This document shows, one piece after another, positions 40,521 to 49,385 of a stretch of DNA of 64,000 bases. Numbering within the stretch: the stretch's first letter is position 1; each line of letters starts with the position of its first letter. Both the position numbers and the translations under genes were made by a program. The stretch is from an uncultured delta proteobacterium (GTDB taxonomy: Bacteria > Myxococcota_A > Polyangia > Haliangiales > Haliangiaceae): assembly GCA_963772655.1 (NCBI GenBank), contig CAVYYE010000003.1, positions 2,737,341 through 2,801,340 of the forward strand. Reading direction: 5' to 3'. Below the pieces are notes generated by a model. It was not told the origin of the DNA and did no database searches. It saw nothing but the letters and a program-made list of their open reading frames with translations.

Positions 40521-41546
40521 CTACTTCGAGCCCGAACAATCGACCTTGGAGTCAGGAACGCTGGCGCGGCACTTTTTCGTTCGCAATGCCTCGGCCCGCT
40601 CACGAAGCGATTTCGCGCGTTCACGGTCGACCGGCTCGAACAGGCGAGCAGCGGCCAGACAGTCAGGGATCTGACCAGTTTCGTAGTATTTTCGGCGGCA
40701 GCTGGTCAGGTAGGCGCGACGTGCGAGCTCGAGATCGTGCAGTTCCTTTTCGGCGAACTCTCCCAGCGCGTGGCACTGGCCCTCGTCGAGTGCACACCCA
40801 AACTCGCGCATCCGCCGTTCCTTCTCGGGATCGTCGTCGTACGAGATATCGCAGGCGTATGCGTCCAGCAGGTCAACACACGTCGACATGCGTACCTGCG
40901 CACTGACTTCTGTCGCGTCACAGTCTGGTGCATAGCCTGCCCGACATCCGATCTTTCGAAGCTCGAGCGCGCGTTTGTAATAGGGCGAGGTCTTGTCGCG
41001 AAGAGAAGCGATCTTGCACGAGATGACATCGCCCATCTCGCACGCCTTGACCAAGAGCTTCTCCGCGTCGGGGTTGTCGTGTTTGCGGAAGTCGATGGGA
41101 AAGTGGTTGGCTTGCCTGAACGCTTCGAACCGGCACGCGTAGCCGATGCCCTGTTGGCATAGGGTCGGTGCCAGGTTGTCCTCGTCGCTCCACTGCCGGC
41201 CGGCATAGCGACAGGCCAAGATGCGCCCTTCCACACACTGGGACCGCAAGCTCTGCTCGATGATCTGTCCGTATCCTCGGTCATCGCTGAAGTCCACGAA
41301 GTTCGAGATCGCGACGCAACCGGGCAGGTCACCCTGCTTGCAGGCTCGCTCGAACAGCACGAGCGCTCGTCTGCGATCTTGAGGAACGCCATCGCCGATC
41401 AGGAGTCTGCGGGCCTGCTCGACCAGCGTCGGCGTCGTCGCCGGAGGTGGAGGCGTTGGATGTCGGGTGGTCGTTGGCGTCGTCGATGTGCCAGAACACG
41501 CCGACATCGCGACGAACAATATGATGAAGAGCGGTCTCGGACTCAT
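40521..41546 (-). CDS. Cys-rich Sel1-like repeat lipoprotein (paralogue 2).
   Basis: A signal peptide plus lipobox (MSPRPLFIILFVAMSAC) is present. About 150 bp (41296..41446) are nearly identical to 40085..40235, so this is a recent tandem duplication or gene conversion. Confidence 0.65.
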   Translation of the reverse strand: MSPRPLFIILFVAMSACSGTSTTPTTTRHPTPPPPATTPTLVEQARRLLIGDGVPQDRRRALVLFERACKQGDLPGCVAISNFVDFSDDRGYGQIIEQSLRSQCVEGRILACRYAGRQWSDEDNLAPTLCQQGIGYACRFEAFRQANHFPIDFRKHDNPDAEKLLVKACEMGDVISCKIASLRDKTSPYYKRALELRKIGCRAGYAPDCDATEVSAQVRMSTCVDLLDAYACDISYDDDPEKERRMREFGCALDEGQCHALGEFAEKELHDLELARRAYLTSCRRKYYETGQIPDCLAAARLFEPVDRERAKSLRERAEALRTKKCRASVPDSKVDCSGSK

Positions 41547-41559
41547 CGCGTTCGTGCTC

Positions 41560-43032
41560 CTATCCGAGCTTCTTGATGCGAAGACGCGGCGCATCGACGT
41601 CGTGGATGATGGTCGTCCCGCTCACGCTCTTGTTGACGCTGGTCTTCTTCGACTGATCCGTCTTGTTCGAAGAGGACACCTCGGTTTCGAGGCTCGTCGC
41701 GATCTCCGTCTCCACGTCGTGCTGGACCTCCTTGGAGTACGTCTCGGAAAGCTCCTTGGCGACCGATTTCAGCGTGTTGATCTTCTTGCCTGTCTTGCCG
41801 GAGAGCGACGTGCCGGTCGTGTCGCTCCCTCCATCACCACTCGAGCTCTCGCGTTTGACCGAGCCCCGTCCCGTGATCGTGTCCCACAGCGAGCCGGTGA
41901 GCTCGAGGGCCGCGCTGACGATGGGAATGTGCTTCGCGAGACCTTTTCCCTTCGAGAGCACCCACGAACCTGCCTTGGTCACGACGTGCTTGAGCTTGTC
42001 GAACAGACCCGTTTCCCCACTCTTGTCCTTGGCGTCGTCCGGCTTGTCGCCCTTCGCGGGATCGATCGCGACCGTCCACTTCACCGACTGTTCGTAGGTT
42101 GTCTGGTGCTGGCCCGTTCGAGAGAACAGTTGCTCCTCGATGTTTTCGAACACCTTCTGGACTCCCGTCGTCAGGCTCTTTTTGAAGGAGTCGACGATCT
42201 TCTCTTTCGTTGCCTGCCTCTTCTTGGCCGCGACGTTGGTCGTCGTCTTGACTCCCGACTGGTCGCTCGAGGCCGAGCCGTCTTCCGAGCTTTCGCTTCG
42301 GGTCCAGTGCACCTCGCGTTGATGATCAGCGCCAGGATCGATCATCACGGAGAACTTCGAGTCCGAGTCCGCCGCGTAGTCGGCGCCAGCGACCGAGAAC
42401 CGCCGGGTTTTGTTGTCTCCTTCTGGCCGAATCTGGACCGTGATCACCGTCCCCGGATACAGGTCGGCGAGCTGAGCCTGTACATCCGCAGCGAGGGCGT
42501 CGTAGTCGCCGCGATCCTCTAGCTGCGCCTGCACCAGTTGACCTGCAAATTTGCTCGCCTCCTTCTGGTCTCCCTGTTTCCCCCCCTTCATGTTGACCAG
42601 GACCTGAAACTTGTTCTTGGTGGGGTATCCCACCGTGGCACTAACCCGGCCCGGCCCCTTCTGTAGGTCTGCACTGCCCAGCAGCACCGCACCGTCTTTC
42701 GCCATGTTGCCGCCCGTGAGGATCGTCGACGACGAGCCGTTCGGGACGATCTTGAGCTCGTCCACGACCAGTTGATCCTCGGGTGTACGAGCCGGGCTCC
42801 GTGAGCGCTTGCCTGCCACCGCCTCGTACTCGACGTACCACTGCGTGTGAACGCGGTCCGCGGCCGGCGTTGCAGGTGCAGCACTCGCTGGCGCCGCCCC
42901 GGTGGACGACCACAGACGATCGACGTGGGGATGATCGTGCTCAGCGTCCGCTTCGGACTTCTGATCGTGATCGTCGACCTTCGGCGTCTTCGACGGATCG
43001 TGGGTTTTGGGCTGGGTCAATTCGAGCGTCAT
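41560..43032 (-). CDS. Hypothetical 491-aa protein. It has no signal peptide, no Cys, a Ser/Thr/Lys-rich C-terminal half and GC visibly below the background.
   Basis: The ORF is clean from ATG 43032 (MTLELTQPKTHD...). It sits head-to-tail, 13 bp upstream of the Sel1 paralogues. No domain was recognised. Confidence 0.55.
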   Translation of the reverse strand: MTLELTQPKTHDPSKTPKVDDHDQKSEADAEHDHPHVDRLWSSTGAAPASAAPATPAADRVHTQWYVEYEAVAGKRSRSPARTPEDQLVVDELKIVPNGSSSTILTGGNMAKDGAVLLGSADLQKGPGRVSATVGYPTKNKFQVLVNMKGGKQGDQKEASKFAGQLVQAQLEDRGDYDALAADVQAQLADLYPGTVITVQIRPEGDNKTRRFSVAGADYAADSDSKFSVMIDPGADHQREVHWTRSESSEDGSASSDQSGVKTTTNVAAKKRQATKEKIVDSFKKSLTTGVQKVFENIEEQLFSRTGQHQTTYEQSVKWTVAIDPAKGDKPDDAKDKSGETGLFDKLKHVVTKAGSWVLSKGKGLAKHIPIVSAALELTGSLWDTITGRGSVKRESSSGDGGSDTTGTSLSGKTGKKINTLKSVAKELSETYSKEVQHDVETEIATSLETEVSSSNKTDQSKKTSVNKSVSGTTIIHDVDAPRLRIKKLG

Positions 43033-43143
43033 GGGTCTTTCCGGTGATTGCTGAGCGCGCCTATCGACACGGCCTGCGTGTGGTTGCGAACACGGCTGTG
43101 GTTTTTTTCGCAACCGTTCGCTCGCGACGCCGACACGGGGGCC

Positions 43144-43674
43144 ATGACGGCATCACAGGCGCGCAAGCTCTCGATTTCCCCGAGGTCGCCCGACACCACA
43201 CCACCCCAACCGAAGGGGATGACCGGCCGCCGCCTCGCTCTCGTGGCAGCCGAAGAAGTCGAGAGCATGAGGAAACACGACCCGATCTGGGTGCCGGTTG
43301 CAGCGGCACCCGGACGCACACCCACCACGAGCGAGGTGTTGCAGCGAACGCGAGTCTCGCCGGACCTTCCTCCACAACTCGAGGCGGAGTTGCTCGCCGT
43401 CATCGTGCGACCGATCGGTGGCGACGAGACTCGACGCGATGGCAACGCCGCTCGTGAACGCGAGCTGTACGGATTGCTCGCGACGCTCGATGTCACGCAG
43501 GCCTTTCACCTGGGTCGGCGTCTGGACGCGATGCGCGCCGACGACGCCCTCGTTCGGGCATTTTCGCGGCTGATCCCGGAGCGCCGGCAGCGCTTGCGCG
43601 CCTTCATCGCCGACACCCGACGCCGCGTGATGCTGAGTAGCCTCGAGCGAAAAGCTGGTCGAACGGCGTCGTAG
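43144..43674 (+). CDS. Hypothetical protein.
   Basis: The ORF starts at ATG 43144 and runs divergently from the 491-aa gene. No domain was recognised. Confidence 0.4.
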   Translation: MTASQARKLSISPRSPDTTPPQPKGMTGRRLALVAAEEVESMRKHDPIWVPVAAAPGRTPTTSEVLQRTRVSPDLPPQLEAELLAVIVRPIGGDETRRDGNAARERELYGLLATLDVTQAFHLGRRLDAMRADDALVRAFSRLIPERRQRLRAFIADTRRRVMLSSLERKAGRTAS

Positions 43675-45609
43675 CTACTGGGTGCCGACCATCCTGGCGA
43701 TCGTGTCGCGCACGATCGGGTGATACAAGCGACGCGCCTGCTCGAACGTCTCTCTGGCGATCCGGTCCCACGGCGCTCCGCGTTTCATCATCGCGGCGTA
43801 CAGCGGGTTGATGTTGCGGCGGCGGCCGACCTTCATCAGATAGCTCTGCACGGCCGACACCACGTCGCGATCGTCGGCGCGCACGGCGATCGGGAGCCAG
43901 TGCATCCCGATCTCCGCGTTGCTCGAGGCGGTGAGATGAAACCGCGCGTCGAGCGCCTGCAGCCGATCGAGCGAGATCGTCGCGGGGAGCGCGCGCAGGA
44001 AGATCACCCAGTCGAGGGTCGACCACGCCGCCGGATCGAACGCGGTGCCGGAGGTCGCGAACGCGGTGGCGATTGCTTCGAGGTCGCCGACCCGCTTCGA
44101 CGGCGCGGGCTCGGTGCCGGGTGGCAGCCCGGGATCGTGGAGCCACGCCGCGAGCTGCGCCGCGGTCATCTTGCCGGGGTACTTGTCGATCAGCTCGCGC
44201 CGGACGTCGGCCTCGAACACGGCCGTCGTGGTCGAGGTGAACGCGAGGCGATCGAAGCGCCGGTGCATGAAGTCGTCGAACGCGGCGCGACCGAACGTGG
44301 TCTCGAGCGTACGCAGGAACATCGAGCCCTTGTCGTACGCGGCGCTACTGGGCACGTCGTCGGGATCGCGATCGGCGCCGATCTCGAGGGCGAGCCGGGT
44401 ATCGGGACCAGGCGTCTCGCCCATCGACTCGAGGAAGTCGACGTCGCCCATGTGCCACAACACCTCCGCGGCCTCGCGGCCGCGCAGGGCCTCCATGATC
44501 CGGCCCTCGACGTAGCTGGTGAAGCCTTCGTTGAGCCAGAAGTCGCTCCACGTCGCGTTGGTGACCAGGTTGCCCGACCACGAGTGCGCGAGCTCGTGCG
44601 CGATCAACGACACCAGCGAGCGATCGCCGGTGATCGCGGTCGGCGTCAGGAACGTGAGCCGCGGGTTCTCCATGCCGCCGTACGGGAAGCTCGGCGGCAA
44701 CACGAGCACGTCGTAGCGGCCCCAGCGGTAGGGGCCGTACAGCGTCTCGGCCACCTTCATCATGTCCTCGACCTCGGCGAACTCGCGGGCCGCGGCGTCG
44801 ACCACACTGGGCTCGGCGTAGACGCCGGTGCGCGGACCGATCGACCGGAACGCGAGGTCACCGACGGCGAGCGCCATCAAGTACGACGGGATCGGGTGGT
44901 CCATCCGGAACCGCCAGACGCCATCGGCAGGCGGGGTCTGGACGTTGGTCGCCGACATCACCACCCACAACCGGTCGGGGCACCGGCTCACCGGCACGGT
45001 CTCGGAGGTTGGTGCTGGGACCGAGACCGTGGGTCGGGGAGGGCAGACGTGGATCGTCGCGTCGTAGGTGAACCGCACGCTCGGCGTGTCCTGGAGCGGC
45101 ACCCAGGTCCGCGCCAGGATCGGCTGGCTCTGGGTGAACAGCATCGGGGCCTTCTTGCCCGCGGTGCCTTGCGGCTCCACCCAGAGCAGAGCGCGGGCAT
45201 CGGGACGGGTCCGGTAGCGAACCGCGACGCATGCGGTGGGCTTCTCGATCACCAGCGCCCGGCCGCGGATGTCATCCGGCGGCCCGAAGGCATAGGCCAG
45301 GGGGTGGCCGTTCCCACACGTAGCGACGCCCTCGATCGCGAGATCGTGGGTGTCGAGGCGGACGGGAGCGGTCGGATCGCGCCGCGACAGGCTCAGGCGC
45401 GCTGTCCCGAACAGGATCCGCTGCGTGAAGTCGACCGTGAGGTCGAGCGACACGTGGCGGACCGCGACCTGGTCGGGTCGCGCGAAGGAATGTGGATCGA
45501 GAACCGCCGCCGGAGGCGCGATGGGAGGGATCGGCTGCTTGACGCTCTGCGACGGGCAGCCGGCGACCGCGAGCGCGACCGCAACGGCGGGAACGACAGT
45601 CCGAGCCAC
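43675..45609 (-). CDS. M1-family zinc aminopeptidase (leukotriene A4 hydrolase/aminopeptidase N-like), lipoprotein.
   Basis: The GxMEN motif is GGMENPRLTF. The HExxH motif is HELAHSW, followed by NEGF...E. The N-terminal lipobox is ALAVAGC. Confidence 0.8.
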   Translation of the reverse strand: MARTVVPAVAVALAVAGCPSQSVKQPIPPIAPPAAVLDPHSFARPDQVAVRHVSLDLTVDFTQRILFGTARLSLSRRDPTAPVRLDTHDLAIEGVATCGNGHPLAYAFGPPDDIRGRALVIEKPTACVAVRYRTRPDARALLWVEPQGTAGKKAPMLFTQSQPILARTWVPLQDTPSVRFTYDATIHVCPPRPTVSVPAPTSETVPVSRCPDRLWVVMSATNVQTPPADGVWRFRMDHPIPSYLMALAVGDLAFRSIGPRTGVYAEPSVVDAAAREFAEVEDMMKVAETLYGPYRWGRYDVLVLPPSFPYGGMENPRLTFLTPTAITGDRSLVSLIAHELAHSWSGNLVTNATWSDFWLNEGFTSYVEGRIMEALRGREAAEVLWHMGDVDFLESMGETPGPDTRLALEIGADRDPDDVPSSAAYDKGSMFLRTLETTFGRAAFDDFMHRRFDRLAFTSTTTAVFEADVRRELIDKYPGKMTAAQLAAWLHDPGLPPGTEPAPSKRVGDLEAIATAFATSGTAFDPAAWSTLDWVIFLRALPATISLDRLQALDARFHLTASSNAEIGMHWLPIAVRADDRDVVSAVQSYLMKVGRRRNINPLYAAMMKRGAPWDRIARETFEQARRLYHPIVRDTIARMVGTQ

Positions 45610-45644
45610 GCGTTGTTATATACGCCGGCCCGGCCGAGGACGCG

Positions 45645-45905
45645 TTACGCGTCCGAATCGGTCTTGGCGCCGCCCTCGTTCTTGATCGTGGACACCTCGT
45701 TGCGAATCATCTGGGCGAACGCCTTGAGCTCCTGCATCGCGTTGCGAACGCGGGTCCCGGCGGCCTTGTTACCGGCGTTGTAGAACTTCTGGAAGTCCGC
45801 TTCCATGCCGGCAACCAGAGCCTGCAGCTCGGCAAACCGCGCGACAGCGGACGACGGTGCGGGCGTGGTGGTGGTTTCGGTCTCGGTCATCTGGTTGGTC
45901 TCCAT
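45645..45905 (-). CDS. Histone H1-like nucleoid protein of the Hc1 family (PF07432-like).
   Basis: AGNKAAGTRVRNAMQELKAFAQMIRNE matches the Hc1 motif KGNKAAAQRVRTESIKLEKTAKVYRKE. The protein is 86 aa. Confidence 0.6.
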   Translation of the reverse strand: METNQMTETETTTTPAPSSAVARFAELQALVAGMEADFQKFYNAGNKAAGTRVRNAMQELKAFAQMIRNEVSTIKNEGGAKTDSDA

Positions 45906-46102
45906 GAGGGGTCGGAGCTTGCCTCAAACCTCTGACATTGCCAAACCCGACGGCACAAACCCCGATTTCGGCGAGTTGGCACGGCAGATCCCCTACTTAC
46001 AAACCTGACATAAAGCTGTCTAGTTTGATGGCCAGAGGTTAGCGAGCCCTCTTTATTTGGCCGATGGATCGTTTAGGTTCCCTCCACACGAAAGGAGAGC
46101 AC

Positions 46103-46555
46103 ATGCCCACGATCAAGCGTCCCGAAGGTCACCACACCATCACCCCTGGATTCGCCGTGAACGGCGCGAACGAGGTTCTGACGTTCATCCAGAAGGCGTT
46201 CGACGGCAAGGTCGTCGACCGCTACGAGGCCCCCGGAGGGAAGATCGCACACTGCGAGGTTCGGATCGGCGACTCGGTCGTCATGTTCGGAGACGCCGAC
46301 GCCGCCCACGGCATGCCGCCGATGCCCGCGATGCTGTCGTTCTATGTCGATGACGGACCCGCGGTCGACGCCACCTACAAGCAGGCCCTCGCGTGCGGCG
46401 CCACCACGGAGGCCGAGCCCAAGAACCAGTTCTACGGGTACCGGTCGGCGACCGTGAGGGACAGCGGCGGCAACCGCTGGACGATCTGTGCGGTGGTCGA
46501 GGAGCTGACTCCCGAGGAGATGCACCGCCGCGCGGCCGAGATGATGAAGGGTTAG
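46103..46555 (+). CDS. VOC/glyoxalase-family protein (PhnB-like).
   Basis: The protein is ~150 aa. AHCEVRIGDSVVMFGDA... is typical of glyoxalase-fold proteins. An SD sequence (GAAAGGAG) lies upstream of ATG 46103. Confidence 0.6.
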   Translation: MPTIKRPEGHHTITPGFAVNGANEVLTFIQKAFDGKVVDRYEAPGGKIAHCEVRIGDSVVMFGDADAAHGMPPMPAMLSFYVDDGPAVDATYKQALACGATTEAEPKNQFYGYRSATVRDSGGNRWTICAVVEELTPEEMHRRAAEMMKG

Positions 46556-46641
46556 CCAGCCGAAACGCCCAGCCGAAACGACGAAGCGCCGGAGGTGAAC
46601 ATCCCTCTGGCGCCTCCTGTGGCCTGGTGCCGCGACGCGGG

Positions 46642-48882
46642 CTAGTAGCTCGCGATCAGGGACACCCCCGCGTACGACTTGTAGCCACGAACCATCACGT
46701 AGTAGTCGCCGGCCGACGTGCCCTGAGTCGTGCACGTCTCGCTATTGCCGTCGACGTAGGGGCGGCACGAGTAGCTCGAGGTGGTCGGGCGCTGGCCGAA
46801 CTTCGTATAGAGGTCGGCATCGCCGCTGCCCCCGCTGATCTGGACGGACAGCGTCTTTCCAGCCGGCGTGGCGATCCGGTAGTAGCGCGTGCTGCCCGAG
46901 GAGCCGCTGAGCCCGGTCTCGGCGACCCCGTTGTCGAGGTAGGGGTCACCCGACGACGGGGGAGTGGTCGCGGCATCGTAGGTCGCGGTCAGCGTGACGT
47001 TCGAGTACGTCGCGTAGGCGTCGAGCATCACGTAGTAGGTGCCGGCGGCGGGCGGCATGAAGTTGCAGGTCTCCTCGTTGCCGTTCTTGTACGGACGGCA
47101 ATCGTAGGTCGACTTGGTCGGCTGCGAGCCCGAGCGGACGTAGAGGTCGGCGTCGCCGCTGCCACCGGTGATCGAGATGTTCAGCGAGGTCTGGCCGGCG
47201 GGGACCTGGATCATCCAGTACTGCTGCGTGCCCTTGCTGCCCGACAGGCCGGTCTCGGGGACGCCGTTGGCGAGCGTGCCATCGCCGGGCGGCGGCGGCG
47301 GCGGGGTGCTGCCGCCACAGCTGTTCGGCGCGGTGCCGACGTTGATCGCCGCGAACGCGCAGCCGACGGCATCGCGCGTCGCCTGGTCGTACCCGAGTGC
47401 GGTCGCCGCCTGCTCCATCGCCGTGCGGAAGTTCGAGTACTTCGACGTCGACGTCAGGATGTCGGTCTGCGCCTTGTAGATGATGCGGATCGCCTTCTCC
47501 ATGCCGATCCCCGGCACGTTGACGGAGGTCTTCCCGCGCGGGTGGGTGCCGCCCTTCGACAGCAGGCAGAACATCAGGTTGGCGGGACCGGAGCTGTAGT
47601 GGACGTCGGTCGAGCCGAGCGAGCTCGACCACACGTCCTTCGACGCGCCGTCGGCGGCCGGATCGCACATGTTGCGGAGGAACGGCGGCAGGATCTCGTC
47701 GCCGATCAGCCACACCTTGGACGTGTTCGACAGCGTACCGTTGCGGCCGCCCTCGACCCACGCCTCGACGAACGCGCCGAAGATGTCCGACAGCGCCTCG
47801 TTCATGCCGCCCGACTCGCCGCTGTAGTTGAGGTTGGACTCGCTCTGCGTCACCGCGTGGGTGAGCTCGTGCGCGGTGACGTCGAGCGACAGCGCGAGCG
47901 AGGCGCACCCCTGCGAGGGGCTGCCGTCGCCGTACACCATCTGCGACCCGTTCCAGAACGCGTTGCAGTAGTTCTGCGAGTAATGGACCGAGCTGGTCAG
48001 CGTCGCGCCGTTGTTGTTGTACGAGTCGCGATTCCAGAACGCGTTGTACGCGTCGTAGGTGTCACCGGTGTGGGCGTACGAGTTGTCGACCGCGGAGTCT
48101 CCGGTCGAGCCCTGGCCCTCGGTACGCTTCAGCGAACCCGGGAGCGACGAGCCGTTGTTGGACGAGTACACCTTGCGACTGCGCGCGTAGTGGATCTGCG
48201 GGTAGTCGGCGACGATCGCGTTGGTATCGACGTCGACGTACACCTTGTCGCGCACCGGATCGGCTCCGCGCATTCCCTCGACCACGGCCTCGTATGCCTT
48301 GTGGAGCACGCCGTCGTCGGTCTCGATATAGACGTCGCGCGTCGACGTGATCGAGAGGTCCGAGAACCGCGAGTCGAGTGCGATCGTCGACTTCGCGCTC
48401 GCGACGGAGACCGCGTTCTGACCGAGACTACCGATGTCACCGCGCGCCGTGCCGTTGACCGCGTTGATCGCGCCCTTGACGTCGACGTGGACCACGAGCT
48501 CGCCACCGATCACCGGCAGGCCGTCGTGGACCTGGTCGTACCGGAAGTGGCGACCACCGTCCTCGTCGGCGTGCATGCTGCGCACGACGAGATCGTCGTT
48601 GGTCAGCCGGAACACCTTGAGGATCGGAGGCAGTGCCGTACGCAGCCGGGCGTCGGCCTGCTGCAGATCGTCGATCTGCATCGCTCCGAGCTTGGCCATC
48701 TCGCCGACGACGTACGTCGGCATGCCGTCGGCACGCGCCTCGATCACCGTCGCGTCGGGTAACCCGGCGACCGCATCGTCGATGTCAGAGCCATCCTTGC
48801 TCTCACCCCCACCTGGTGCACCCTGCGTGCAACCAGCGATCGTGAACCCGAGTAGCAACGAAACGCGGGAGAAGGTTCGCAT
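46642..48882 (-). CDS. Secreted M4 (thermolysin-like) zinc metalloprotease with two C-terminal PPC (pre-peptidase C-terminal) domains, lipoprotein.
   Basis: HELTHAV is the HExxH motif, with a downstream glutamate (GGMNEALSD). The two C-terminal repeats (GLSGS...YY.I.VPAGQT...GGSGDADLY...) are PPC-like. The lipobox is LLLGFTIAGC. Confidence 0.8.
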   Translation of the reverse strand: MRTFSRVSLLLGFTIAGCTQGAPGGGESKDGSDIDDAVAGLPDATVIEARADGMPTYVVGEMAKLGAMQIDDLQQADARLRTALPPILKVFRLTNDDLVVRSMHADEDGGRHFRYDQVHDGLPVIGGELVVHVDVKGAINAVNGTARGDIGSLGQNAVSVASAKSTIALDSRFSDLSITSTRDVYIETDDGVLHKAYEAVVEGMRGADPVRDKVYVDVDTNAIVADYPQIHYARSRKVYSSNNGSSLPGSLKRTEGQGSTGDSAVDNSYAHTGDTYDAYNAFWNRDSYNNNGATLTSSVHYSQNYCNAFWNGSQMVYGDGSPSQGCASLALSLDVTAHELTHAVTQSESNLNYSGESGGMNEALSDIFGAFVEAWVEGGRNGTLSNTSKVWLIGDEILPPFLRNMCDPAADGASKDVWSSSLGSTDVHYSSGPANLMFCLLSKGGTHPRGKTSVNVPGIGMEKAIRIIYKAQTDILTSTSKYSNFRTAMEQAATALGYDQATRDAVGCAFAAINVGTAPNSCGGSTPPPPPPGDGTLANGVPETGLSGSKGTQQYWMIQVPAGQTSLNISITGGSGDADLYVRSGSQPTKSTYDCRPYKNGNEETCNFMPPAAGTYYVMLDAYATYSNVTLTATYDAATTPPSSGDPYLDNGVAETGLSGSSGSTRYYRIATPAGKTLSVQISGGSGDADLYTKFGQRPTTSSYSCRPYVDGNSETCTTQGTSAGDYYVMVRGYKSYAGVSLIASY

Positions 48883-49385
48883 GACGCGAGCCCTTCGTTC
48901 ACCGCAGGTGCCAGCGCGCATTGCACAAGCTGCGCAATTGTCGTCGTCGCGCTGTCAGTGAGGTTCTGCCAGTTGTCAGAGCATGAACGCGTGGCTTCAC
49001 TCGCGATCGTCGCGCGTAAGCGCGAGCACGTTAGAGGTCGGCGCGTGTAGGTACCGGGGTGACAGGTGTGGGAGGTAGTCGCGATTCATCCTTGCTCCCC
49101 GATGTCGGGAGCTAGCTAGCAGCTGTCATCTGCGCGACTACCGGCCTCTCATGTCACATGCAATACCATTGCATCTGTCTGCGCCACCTCGTCACGGCGT
49201 GGAGATGTTCCGCAGACTTCTGCCTCTGCGGTCGAGTGCCGACCACGTCTACACGGTGCTCCTCCGACCCTACACGCGACGCACATCTCGCCCGCTGTCG
49301 TACCCGCGAACCGGATCAGGGGTCGGTCGCTTGATCGCGTGGTTGCGATGCCGGATGCTCCTCGCCTCAAAGAGAGGGAGATGAC

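Noticed and set aside
45638-45654. Perfect 7-bp stem hairpin (ggacgcg-tta-cgcgtcc) that could be a terminator after the Hc1-like gene.
   Set aside because: The loop contains the gene's own stop codon and no U-tract follows. It is more likely a coincidental palindrome.
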